64,000 nucleotides of DNA from Entomortierella parvispora E1425 (Eukaryota > Fungi > Mortierellomycota), in assembly GCA_020891255.1 (NCBI GenBank), contig BQFW01000003.1:1178001-1242000 (forward strand). Direction: 5' to 3'. Shown one piece after another: positions 50,801 to 62,662 of this stretch (position 1 is its first letter; each line of letters starts with the position of its first letter). Both the position numbers and the translations under genes were made by a program. The notes beneath the pieces are model-generated. The model was not told the DNA's origin, did no database searches, and worked only from the letters and a program-made list of their open reading frames with translations.

Positions 50801-52399
50801 ATCAAGGCCCGTAACATTGAGCTTCCCTGCTCCGTTGAAGGTATGGATGAACGAAGCATTCGGTGCTTGCTCTCTTGTGTCTGTTGATGGCCAGTTCTTG
50901 ATCCTGAGCTAACAAACACAATATCCTTTTTATTAGGCTTTAAATACACTATTCGTAATGGCGCGGATCCATTGTCGGCCATGAAGGGTCTTGTCCCCAG
51001 CCAGATGGACATTCCAACCCAAAATGTGATGGCGATTCCCAAGGAACAGTCGTTTGCATTCGATGTGGATCAGATCATGGGCTATTACCAGGCTCCCGGG
51101 ATCCGCCATGCAGAGCCACTGGGTCGCAACTCGCGTCATTTCTCGCCTACACCTTATTTCAGTCCAGTGTCCCCCCATCATGCCCAGCATCAGGTCCGAG
51201 CCCACCCTGGTCTGAGTCAAGGACATGCACCCCTTCCACGTCGACCTCGGCAGACTAAGAACACCTCCCCTTCACCCGCGGGATCTGTTTCTTCTTCTTC
51301 TGGAGCCGCTGCCCCTGGAGGGAACGCCAATGGACTCTTGCACGGAGCCATGTTCAATGGTGCTCCAACTCCAACAGCCGATATCACTCTGGTAGGAGCT
51401 GCAGGAACTGCGGACCCCAGTTACTTTACGTCGGCCCAGATTGATCCTTTTGCGGCACCTGGTTCAGCTACAGTCGTCAATGGTCTTTCGCCTCAGCATC
51501 AGCATCATCAGCAGCTTCATCAACAGCAACAGCACCAAAAGTCACAGCAGCAATCAGGTGATGTCGATGGCAACTTTGCCATGTATCACAACCCGTTCTC
51601 TTCCACGATCTGGAACTTGCCCGCGTCGATGGATAACGAAGAATGGATGTTGTATATGCAAAATGGCGGCGGCGCTGGTGCAGGCAACGCTAATGCTGGC
51701 GTCAACGCTAATAACAGCAGTAATAACAACAGCAACAGCAATAGCAACAGCAATTCCGGAAACTCTGGTACCCCTGCCACTGCTGGTCATAGCAGCGGTC
51801 ACCCGGACAACAGCGGTACCAACAACCTGTCTCGCAGCAACAGCAATAGCAGTACCACGAGCGCTTCTGGATCGGTCAACAATAGTACCGCCAGCAACAG
51901 CAGCAATGTTGTTGTGAAACTGGAAGGCAGCAATGGCACGGTGGGGAATGTGTTCAAGTCGGAACCGCCTTCACCCTTGTTGGTGGATAGCAACACTTCG
52001 TTGAACAAGGTCGTCATGAGCTGCGCTTCTGGAAGCAGGATGCATCCTTTGGCTCAAAGCGTTACCCGCGGAGAGCTGTTGGGAGGAGGAGGAAATGCCG
52101 CCAGTGGTGGAAGCAGCGGAACGAGCAGCAGTGGAGTCAGCGGAAATGAACTGATGAACAGTCATTCTGCAAGTGCTTATTCCCCACAGCGACAGTCTAC
52201 GTCCTCCCCCACGTTACAGCAGCAGCAGCAGTACCAGCAACAGCAGCAACAGCAACAGCAACATCGGTCCATGTTGCCCACTCAGAACGGATCTGCCGAT
52301 TACGACTTTTACCTCCAGTCTGGCGCTTCCTCTCCCACTGCCATGCAGCAGCAACAGCCCCAGCAAACATCTGTAGTCTTGCATGAATGGCAATCATAG
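47456..52399 (+). CDS. Zn(II)2Cys6 (Gal4-type) transcription factor with a Fungal_trans middle domain and Q/N/S-rich tail; exons 47456-47498, 47610-47628, 47734-47750, 48250-48297, 48429-48479, 48580-49982, 50075-50840, 50937-52399
   Basis: The spliced cluster reads RQRVTKACDNCRKKKIKCDAKPDICTSCELLQIPCQY...KKRGPPK. Middle-domain motifs include LYFAYVHPFAPVF, AWMFIGLSIRMAQHLGLNRD and ERNRIWWSCFVADR. Confidence 0.92.
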
Positions 52400-53095
52400 T
52401 TGATCTGTCATTTCAGGTTCCTCCGCATCCACTCGTTGATATTCTTCATCTAGTTTTCTCCCCCCTCACAACTGCGATCATCAACATGATCCCAAAGCCG
52501 GAACTTTTTTTGTTTCTTGTGATAATCTCTTTCCTTACCATCCCCCTTCTCTCTTTCCTCGCCATCCCTCCATCTCTTTCCTCGAACTCTCTTTCTACGT
52601 CTTTCTCATCGTTCCTATTCTCCTCATCTTCATCCTCATTCTCATCATCCTCTATCAGTAGGAGGAAATTTGTATTTGTAGACCTTTTGCTATTTTTTGC
52701 CCCTCTTGTATCCATAAAAAAAAAAAAAAAAAAAAAAACCTGGTGTGTGTTGTACGAAAACGAATTGTGGAGTTGCAAGAAACCAAAGAGGAAAACAAAC
52801 ACGGGACAAGTATTTTTGAACGACCTTTATTTTGAACATTCATCAGATCAAGAAGCAATGTCATGTATTCTGTTATTCTGTACATTTTTGACTTTATTTT
52901 TGGTGTTTAATAACAGATGTATGTATGTGCAAAGGCTATGGGGGGGGGGGGGGTATGTGGGTGAGGGCGAGGAGGGGTGTATATGCTTGTCGGGTGGAGG
53001 GGTGTTATTGTTCAATGTTGATTCTTTTCAGTCCTTTTTTTTTCCTGTCAGATTTGTCGGTTTTGTCGGTAACGACGACGATGACGACGACTTGT

Positions 53096-56000
53096 TCAGA
53101 TTCTAAACGCAAAGTGTTGCTCCTTTCGGAACAACCGATTGACATTCGACCGTTGACGATCTTCCTCTTGCTCATCGGCGGCCAAAGAATAGGCAACGCC
53201 TGTCGTATCGGTCCGACCTGACGACGGTGACAATGTCGATGTCGATGTCGATGTGGTCAAGGACAACGAGAGACCAAGCGTGCTGGATCCAGCCAATCCG
53301 CGAAAGGACAGATTACGTTCCTTGTCCCGCAGCTGACGCACGAGTTCCGGGAGCGGGACAGGCGCCGGCGCCATGTCGAGCAAGAGTGTTTCCAACCCCA
53401 TGGCCACTCCCTTTCGGTCCAACTCTTCCCAACAGTTCTTTTCAAACTCGGCGGCCGGGAATCCATAGACGCCCGTCATGGCCGTTCGGACATGGACGCC
53501 GTTCCAAATCACCACATTGTCCACATTGCGCGTCAGAGACCGTCCGACCATGAACAAATGGCCATAGTAAAACAGACAGATCAGTCGGATCATCAACAGC
53601 GGTCCCAGTCGCGCCGTGAACGGGACCACGAAATACCGAAACTCGTGTTTGATCCACACTCGGCTACCGCTTTCCGCTGTGATGTAATGCCCCGGGACGC
53701 ATACATAGACAAAGTAGCACGCCAGTCGAACATCAAAGGCGTAGCCCAGCGTCGCATCCGGCATCGGTCCCAATTTGATGGGTTTCCCAGAAAAGGCACC
53801 CTTGGTCGCGCCTGCCTTGGCCTTGCTCGTGCACATGGCAGAGCACATGGGGCATTTCAGTTGTGAATCCTTGGCTTGGAACCACTCCTTGATACAGCCC
53901 TCGTGAAAGATGTGACGACAACCGTTCAACTTGACCACTCTTTCCGGTGCAAGATGACTAGGTGAAGGCGAGACCATGGGTTGTGTGTCCTGAACCTCCA
54001 TCTCATCCTGACAGATGGGGCATTCCGGTTTCGAAGGTGCAGTCGAGGACGACGAACAGCTTTGTTCCTTGGCCAACATTTTGGCATCCGCCGTGACATA
54101 GAGATTCTCCATCAGGTTGGATCCCATCGAAGCCACTTCGGCCTCTCGCACGGCGCGGTTAAAGGTCACGGTGCCCGTACGGCTGAGCAAGTCGCGAATC
54201 GCGGGTTCGATGCTGGGGTCCATGTCGTCCCAGCATTCCTTCAAAAGCGCAGCCACATCCAGGTCCTTCAATGGATTCTTTTCAATCTCTTCGGCGGTCG
54301 TGGGCGATTTGAGTCGTATCAAGCCAGGCGCCAGTTCACGGGATTGAATCCTTCGACTACGGCTCTCGGATTCCAAAAAGATCCATTCTAGATAGTCCTT
54401 GAACTTGAAGAGACGTCGGTTCGCTAGTCGACGTTGCGCCGTGATGGGCCAAAAGATGGGCGATGCCATCGGCATATCAAAGGCCATCGTCGGCGCAATC
54501 TCCCAGAGCTCCTTGACATGGCTCAGACCGAGTTTTTGAATCTTCTTTTCGACGTTTGTGGCCGTGGTGGTATGGTTCAATTCGAGCAGCGTGGAGGACA
54601 GTAACTGAGAGGTCATCAATGTGGGCATCAACAGCTCTGCCACGACCTGGGGCCAGTTATGAAGACTGACCGTCTGCAATTCCTTTTCCTTCAGTACAAA
54701 CTTTTCGGCGGGATTGGTCGACCCCATTTCAGCACACTCCCTCTCTGCTCTCTTGATGCGAGCCTCCATCTCCTGATCGGTCAACGTCACCAACAATCTC
54801 TTGCTGAGCGACAGCGTCCTGGAACTTTCAGACTGGATCGAGGCCTTGTTGCGTGAATCCCGCTCAGCGTCCATCCGGCATTGTTCCTCATACGACTTTT
54901 GAAGCGTGAGGATAGTTTGCGCCTGCGCCCAATGCTCCGGCGTCCAGGAGGCCCTGTCCTCTAATTTTTCCCTGAACTGCACCTCGAGTTGGTGAAGACG
55001 TTCTCGGAGAGGGTGGGCCGCCACCTGAAAGTCATGACTGTGGTAAATGTCCATGCCTCGCAAGGTGGCCTGCTCCTGCAGGGAACGGAGGTCCCGCTCC
55101 ACCTGTTGCCCCAGGGCCCGGATCCTCTCAATCTCTGCCCCGTTGTCCTGTATCGTGACAAGAAGACCGCTGCAATTGGGGATCTCGGCCATGAGCTTCT
55201 CAATGTTGCTCTTTTGAGCCGCTCGCGATTGCGCCGCCAAGGCTTGGTCGCTGCCAAGGCGGTCCTGAAGGGTCTTGATGTTCTTGGCAGAGTTCATCAG
55301 GAATGTCCTGCTCACATCCTGCAGGTAAAAGTGCGTCGGGGGTGCGGATGCTTTGGTGACTTTGATCAGCCATTCGGGACGCCCTGGTATACTGAGTCTC
55401 CGCACTTTGATGGTCGAGACATCCATTTCGTAGATCAATTGCAGCACCAGGGAGAACGCTGCGTCGGGTTGATGCCATTCCTCTAATTTGACATTATCAG
55501 TGTCCGGAGATGCGTTGGCGTCCATGGGCACGGGGACGGTGCAGACACGCTGGACGTCAGATATTGACGAAGGATAGAGTCCTGTGCCCCGGAAGAGAAC
55601 TTGATGTTGACTCAGTCGATAGAAGCAATCTGGGTTGTTGGAGGTCTTGAAGTTGATCACGCACAAGGGTAACACTTGCGACTTTTCCATACTGGTTTTG
55701 AGAGTACCCAAGGTCGGTAAAAAGAAGGTCATGAGTAGATTAGTAAGCATCCTGGTTCCTGTATCGTCCGTGGACCCTTTGCGTTAGAATGAATGAAACG
55801 GAAAAAAAAAAAGAAAGAGCAAAATTCTTACACAACCCATTCCTTGAATACATCATGTGCCACTGCAGAGTCGTATCCTGGAGGCAAAAAGTTGGACGTT
55901 GGGTACAATCGTCGACAAGCCTTGTCATAGGGCTCAACCATGATCTTGCCCAGAAGGACACAGCAAAGAATGATCGAGTACGTTTGGCCCATCATTGTCT

Positions 56001-56634
56001 GGGCATCCGTGTACTGCATGCACTTTTCGATAGAGTCTGAGAAATAAACGCCTTTTCCATAGTTGGCACGAATGGTCATCTTGGGGTCGAGTCCGTTATG
56101 GAGAATAGACGAGATTTTGCTCTGCTGTGTGCCATGGAACAGGATTTCGTCCCTGAATCGAATCTCGGGCTCCTCCTGGTCCTGGTCCTCGTGCTCAGTC
56201 AAACTGGCCTCCGAGGCCGCCAGAGGTGTCCTCAGACTCGCCTCTTCCCGCGCCCGCTGTCGGTTTTCCTGTGTCTTTCGCATGCGTTCTCGGCGGTATC
56301 TTTTAGCAGCCTGATAGCGATCCCAGATGTCATGGTTCCGGAGGATGTGGACCGATTCAATTGAGAAATCAGAGTGCCGTCGTGTGTGGCTATAAAAGTC
56401 GTTGGCGACCGTGCTGGCCAGCTTTGGGTAGGCTTGAGGATCGAGATTGAGGAGTCGGGTGCCGCCATACTGCCCTGTAGAGGAAACCGCAACCGATGCA
56501 TCAGCGTGGGGACGAGAAGTTTCGGGTGGGTCGTGAGGGATAGCAAGTGCATTCTCCACATTAAAGGGCAAATCCTCGAAAAAGTCTGTGAACAAGTCTG
56601 AGAACTCGTCCTTGCTTGTGTGAATAAGGGCCAT
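53096..56634 (-). CDS. 1132-aa fusion of a PARP-like ADP-ribosyltransferase domain, a helical region, a RING-H2 finger and a Deltex C-terminal (DTC) domain; exons 56634-55832, 55691-53096
   Basis: ART motifs: ILFHGT, YGKGVYFSD, KEWVV|MEKSQVLP. RING-H2: CPIC...CRHIFHEGC...CPMC. DTC: HLFMVGRSLT...VIWNGVHVRT...YGFP...EELDRKGV. The phase-2 intron 55692-55831 (GTAAGA...CAG) joins the two ORFs in frame. Confidence 0.88.
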
Positions 56635-57498
56635 TGGAGTAGCTGTGAATGCAATGGGGATATGAAAAGAGAGGATTCAGTAAGTGATATCTGTAAGGAA
56701 GGTGAATGATGGGTGGGGTGAAGATAGTGCAGGGAGAGCGAGTTGAAGACAAGAGCAAGAGAGCAAGAGAGACACCTACAGGGAATAGATCCTTTTATAT
56801 CTATGCTGCGGCGAGAGGACGACGGCAATGGAAAGGAGGAGAGGACAAAAAACAAGAGGACCACCACAACGACCGAGGTCAGGACGAGGCGAGACACAGG
56901 GCCGAGTCCACAGTCAAGGGGAACAAAAGGCGAGCGGCTGGAAGCAGGGAAGCGGGGAGAGAATGGAAGAGTGACAGAGAGAAAGGGAGGCGGGCACAAA
57001 GGAGCTGAATGGACAGAAAGGGGTCGGGAGGCAGAGCAGAAAAGATGAATGGGGGTCGAATGGAGAGTGACAATGCAACAACGCAAAAGCAGAGAGAAAG
57101 AGACAGACAAAGCGAAGCAAACAAATGGATAAAACTGTGTCTGAGAGTGTGGAAGGGACACAGGCGGGCAAAGCGGCTCTCGCTCTGCGCTTCCCGCTGA
57201 GAGCGAATGAGGTGCTTCGCCACCCACGCACCGCCTTTTCTGGACGGGGGATTGTCGTTTTGTTCATGTATGTCTATGTGCATGGTGCTGTTCGCTCTAG
57301 GTGTGGTCTTCAAGAATTAAGTTTATTCTTTTTTTTTTCTCACTGCATGGCCCTTTTCAGGGTCAGCAGGAGGGTGTGGCCGCATAGAAGAACTCATGGC
57401 GACCGTAGATTAGGGTAAAAGTACAGGTATATAGTGGTACATGGGATAGTGTTAGGGTAGATTAGATGGAGAGGATAGAAAGACAAGGAGAAAAGGAA

Positions 57499-59416
57499 TT
57501 ACTCGTCCTTGAAGCGCTTGCCAAGAGCAGGCGATGGCGCCGAAGCAAACGAACGAGGTGAGGTAGGGCGAGAGGACGAAGGCAAAGATGATGTGGAACC
57601 TAACTCGGCATGCTCACTCAGAGGGCTACTTGGCAAAGAGAACGAGCCACCAGTGGTCTGTTCAAGGAACAGGCGACTTGGGCGAGCACGACCCTTGGCC
57701 AAAGAACCAGCCATCTTGCTGCTACCTGCATCCTCATCAATCCTGCTCAAAGACATGGATACGGAGTTCAGGAACGAGTCGCGCTTCGAGGGAGACGCCA
57801 AAGGAGACGAAAAGGCGGCATTTGAGCTGCTGCCCTGGATGAGAGACGAGCCAGCCTCCGAATCCAAGTTCAAGGTTGTCACTGAGCGAATAGAATCACG
57901 GCTGAGTCGGCGAGAGTGACGGTGGCCGTGGTGATGAGTGGTCGAGTTGCGAGGAGAGCTGTCGGGCGAACTCCGTGGGGAGACACGAGGAGAGTTGACA
58001 GTTGACAAAACTTCCATCCAGGACTCGTATCCCTGCCATCCATTCCAGCTCTGACGGAACGCGGCATTCTTCTTTGGTGAAGAGGTGACTGAAGTGGGTG
58101 AGGAAGGTTCCGAATGGGACTCCTTGCGCTCCTCTACCTGGGACTCGACAGAGACCACAATGACATCCGCCATCTCCACAGTGTCGTCCTCCTGGTCATA
58201 GCTGTCACTCAAATCCCACTCCTTGCTGTTCTTGAAACCAACGAAGTCGTCCTCGTGAGCTGCATCAAAAAGAGTCTGCTTTTCCTGGTGGTTCATGGCG
58301 TCGCCGAGATCGTGGATGACATGGGAGGCCTTGGCATTGTTGTAGTGCTGCTGAGGCAACATCGAGGGCAAGAAGAAGGAGCCAAACCAGAAGGCAACGA
58401 CAGCATATCCTGCACCGCCCACGAGATCAACGACGTAATGGTGTCCAAGGTACATGGTGGCCCACCAGATCCAGAAAACATAGCCGACAGCAAAGGGAAT
58501 AGAGCGGGGTCCAAAGATGTAGACAAGGAAGAAGGCCAATTGCCAGGCACAAGCCGAGTGGAGCGAAGGGAAGGCACCAAACACCATGGGCGAGGCTGTG
58601 AACGTGGACTTGTACATGTTGGTACCCAAGATGTCGTCAACACGGGCGAGTCCGCCTGGATCGCCAGGCATGGTGTAGGTGGCGGGCTCGAGTCCTCCGT
58701 AGCGCGATTCATACCCTAATTAGAACAAAAAATGATTGTCAGTCTAGACATTCTTTTTTTCTTCCTTGGAGGATGCAGTCCACCGTCATGAATTATATCA
58801 TATTGCCAAATTGGACAGACAACTTACATGGTGGTGCGCAAGGAAAAAACAATTGAGTCAAGACACCGGCAACGTTCATGTATCCGAAGGTCCTGGCAAA
58901 GACAGGGAGGGTGCCAGGAGGTCCAAAGAACACAATCAGGACGGCAGTAATGACGGGAAGCACAAAGTGAAGAACACCGTAGGGCATCCAGGCCAATAGG
59001 TCCTTCAAAGGAGTGGTGGCGGTGGCGAGCTGTTCCGAGATGTTGCCTCCATAGAGAATGTTCTCGAGTGCTGGCAAGACCGAGGTAAAAATATGAGGTC
59101 TCCAGGACGAAGGAATAAAGCGGCAGCAATAAAAGAGAATCAACCAGGCAGCGATAGCCAAAAAGGGCAGCATGAACGGGCGGGTCCTCTTCGGTACTAG
59201 GAGGCCGACTGCAAAAGAGGCGATGGGCAGCTTAAACCAGACAGGCTTGTCCATGATGAAGTAGCAAAAGGTGAAGACCACAAAGAGGAAAACGTATTGA
59301 AGGTCATAGAGGGTGTAACGGTGCTTCCGAAGGGGTCGAATGGTCGAGACAAGAGCGGCCTTGGTGGCCTTGTGGATCTTGCGATACCGCAAGTTGACGT
59401 TTGTGACGGAGAGCAT
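57499..59416 (-). CDS. AUR1: Inositol phosphorylceramide synthase catalytic subunit (aureobasidin A resistance protein), 601 aa, with a long Ser-rich C-tail; exons 59416-58828, 58715-57499
   Basis: Motifs include LAWMPYGVLHF, FGYMN, FPCAPPWY, PGGLARVD, FGAFPSLH and TMYLGHHYVVDL. Confidence 0.95.
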
Positions 59417-59785
59417 TGTGGTTTTGACGTGCACTGCAGACGGGTGGTCGCGGAGAAAGAAAGGGAAGGGAGAAAGGGTTAATGCAACAGTGCTGGTGTG
59501 TGCATTTGCAGGTCAACGGGCCGTTGACGATGCAGTGTGGGGAGAGGGGCGAGATTGGAATGAATGGAGCGTATGACCGAGAGGACGATCAAGAGGCAGT
59601 AGACGAGGTGAGAATAGCGAGCGGAGACGAGAGTAGAGAGGAGAGTAGAGAGAGAGGAGGAGGAGAAGGATGATGATGAAGGAATGAACAAGCAAGCAAA
59701 GTGAGCAAAAGAGGTCAATGTGAACAAGAAGAGAGCAAAGGAAATAAAAAAAAAAAGAAGCGGCAAAATGGGCCTTGTCTGGTCC

Positions 59786-59830
59786 CTTTATACGCACACA
59801 CTGCTGACCTGACTGACCTGACTGACCTGG
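59786..59830 (-). promoter_or_regulatory. Putative AUR1 core promoter: TATAAAG (59786-59792) preceded by three 9-bp direct repeats (TCAGGTCAG)
   Basis: The minus strand reads CCAGGTCAG TCAGGTCAG TCAGGTCAG cagtgtgtgcg TATAAAG, about 370 bp upstream of the ATG. Confidence 0.4.
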
Positions 59831-62662
59831 CTGACACGGCTAAATCGGCGGGGTCATTCAGGTCGGTGCGGCGAAGGGAAAATTTCTTTTTTTTTTTTTT
59901 TTCTTTTTTTTTTCTCCCTTATCTGGCCGTGGTTCGTCCATTCATTCATTCAACCGTCCATTCAATCGTTCCCAGGGTGTACCTTGTGCCGGCCGTTGGA
60001 AAAAAAGAAGTCAACCTTACTTTTTGACCTGCGCGTCCGTCTGCCTGTGTGTCTGCGGAGATGCTGTTCTTCGTCATCCATCGTTGTTTGGCCCAAGCTT
60101 CTTCTGTTTGGACAGAGACCTTGCCTCGATCGCTGCTCTGCTTACGGACTTTCCTTGTTTTTGCGCAGAGGTCGACCCTAATCCTGGTAAGCAGCACCAT
60201 TTGTCAGACCAGCTCTTCCTGACCTGTTTGGCCAACAACACGCCTCATCGCCTTCCTCACTCCAATGGCTCGTCAGAATTGCGACGCAGCGATTCTATTT
60301 GTTTCTTTCTGTCCCTTTTGTCGTAATAGGTGCCCTGTCGATTCTGTCCCGTCCCAGGCCGCTTTATCCTGCCTGTTTCTTTCCCCCCTCTCCTTTTCTT
60401 GCACGATGATGATAGTCTAATGGTAATGACAATACAACAGAGAGTAGCACGAGTATTATGTCCCTGAAATAGACCTGCATCCGGTGGACGCTCTTCTCTC
60501 TTTCAAAGAGACCCTGAGAGTCATCGTTGTGGCTCCTGTCCAGAAAAGCGACAGTGAGAAAGAGCCGTCTGCATCGATCTATCCATCTCATCAACCCAAA
60601 AAAGAAAACCCAACACAAACCCCCTTTTTTTTTTCTGTTCACCCTTTTCCAAAAACAATCCTCCATCATGCACACGCGAGCACAGAAACGTCTATGGTCC
60701 ATCCTATCATCCGACGGATTATTTTTGCTTTGTTGGCCCTTTTTCAATGTTTACGTACCATTTGCCTGTGCAGCACATCCTTTCTGTACGTAGATCCCGA
60801 TCATTTCGGGCCACCCCCACCGCAGTTGTGATGTTTGACTTGGATTTCTTTCGGGAGAAAAGGGTAGCAACCGGGTGCACAGAGAAGCGGAGTGGGTTTC
60901 TCTTCTCCCTTACTCGCCACGAGACATGATGGCCCCGGCAGCAAGGAAATCCCGACAAAACAACGTCTTTTTTGATTTTTTTTTTTTTTATCTCTCCGAA
61001 AGGTTATTTTTCCTGTAAAACGTTTGGCACACTTTTTTTCAATTGCTCTTTCTTGACATCGCATGGCCCAGATTGGATATAAGGATAATCGCACTATGCT
61101 TCACAGGGGACTCCGTAACTGAAAAAGACGGGGACGAGGGAGGGGGGTTGCAAGGGGGTAGGGGTGAGCGTGGTCATGCTGTATTTCATTCTAGCAAAGC
61201 TCAGCACAATCAACCAGTCTCCCCCCCTGGATACCTTCCCCTTTGTCAGCTGCCTCTCCTCCATGATCCACTGATCCATTGATCCATTGACCAACTGACG
61301 TTTGGGTTGTTTCATCGAAATACAGGATCCTCATTACCAATGGAAGAGGGACAGAGAAATGAAGACCCAGATCCCACTTTCTTGGAATGCTCACAACCAC
61401 CTCGCAAGAGTGGATAAGTGTCATGGAGCCATAGCATGGACAAAAAAACCTGCTGCGGATAAACGCGGACCCTTTTTAGATTCTTAAGCAGGGTGGGTCA
61501 TCCATGAGGCAGCAGGGGTACTGTTCCACAAAAGCAGGAAAACGCGTTGCTTTTTTTAAAGTTGTGGAATCTTGGGAACCTTCCAATTTTGCAGAGGTTT
61601 TCTTGTGGGTCCTTCTTGTCAGATCAAAAAAAATTTCTCACGAGACAAAAAGGGAGCCTTCCCAAAATGGCAATATGGCACCCCGATCGTGGTGTGTTTG
61701 TGTGTGTGCAGCAACGGGGCTGTTTGCATCCTCAGCCACCCTATCCATAGACCACCATGGACCATCTACAGTACCATGGACTCGATAGATGGGCTTTGGA
61801 ACCTTGGCTGAAATAAACGAAATTACAAAAAAAAAGCTGCCAAGAGATCTCTACCTTCCCAAAGGGACCGGAAAAAGCACCGCTTCTTGGCTGAAGGATC
61901 TAAATAACACGTCCAAGTTAATAAACGAGAGCGCGACATCGCATCCCCTTGATACCTATGACAGGCACCCCTGTTTTGAAAAAGAAAATCAGCGGGACCC
62001 CCCATCCCCCCAAAACTTGAACGGAAAATGCGAAACCCGTTGAGCCATTTTTGAAACGGCCCTAAAAGCATGGACAAATCGCACATGAAAAGCATCAGCA
62101 GGGAACTCTCTATAATTAGTTGGCCTAGAGGCTCATGCTGTTCCAGATTACAACAAGTTTACCGGGAATATATTGCGAAATAGGATGTCTTCGTCATCCT
62201 TCCGGATCTTGAGTGAGCCGTGCCAACAGGGAAAACAAGGTGACACCTTCGGACAGGGCCTGGTGATAGGAAAGATGGAGGTTGGACAAATCATGACCTC
62301 TCTTGTTCAATGTCTTGAACTCACTGCCAACCCTGGCAAACTCACTCTTTCTCGTGTAAACTCAACTCTCCCTCCGGCACAAGGGAAGCAAGATTCATGA
62401 CCCAAGCACAGCATCAATGAATCAACGCGATGAACGTCCACATCGTTGTGTATGTATTGCCTTTAATCCTCCACGATGACGCCACCTTTGGGTGTCACAA
62501 GGGCATGCTCACCCGGGAAACAAATGGTAACGCGATCGTGATAGAGTTATGAAAACAAGTTTATTGTACATACTATCTGCGAATCCGTAGGCTCGTAGGA
62601 GAGGAATACGCGGATGCAGTAGTAGAGATAGGCGACAAAGAACGAGAGAAACGCAAGCGAGC

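Noticed and set aside
56232-57227. 331-aa minus-strand ORF upstream of and overlapping the PARP start
   Set aside because: It is a low-complexity pyrimidine-rich leader in a different frame from the ART domain and has no family motifs.
57405-57470. TTAGGG telomere-like hexamers
   Set aside because: There are only isolated copies, not an array.
61138-61164. G-quadruplex-like G-runs
   Set aside because: Such runs are common in this genome's intergenic DNA and nothing links this one to a feature.
60400-62400. Fragmentary ORFs that might be a decayed gene or transposon
   Set aside because: There are many stops, and I found no transposase, RT, integrase or other recognisable motif and no terminal repeats.
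62000-62662. MOCS1B/MoaC bicistronic ORF after the moaA stop
   Set aside because: No MoaC-like motifs were seen in the minus-strand frames I read.
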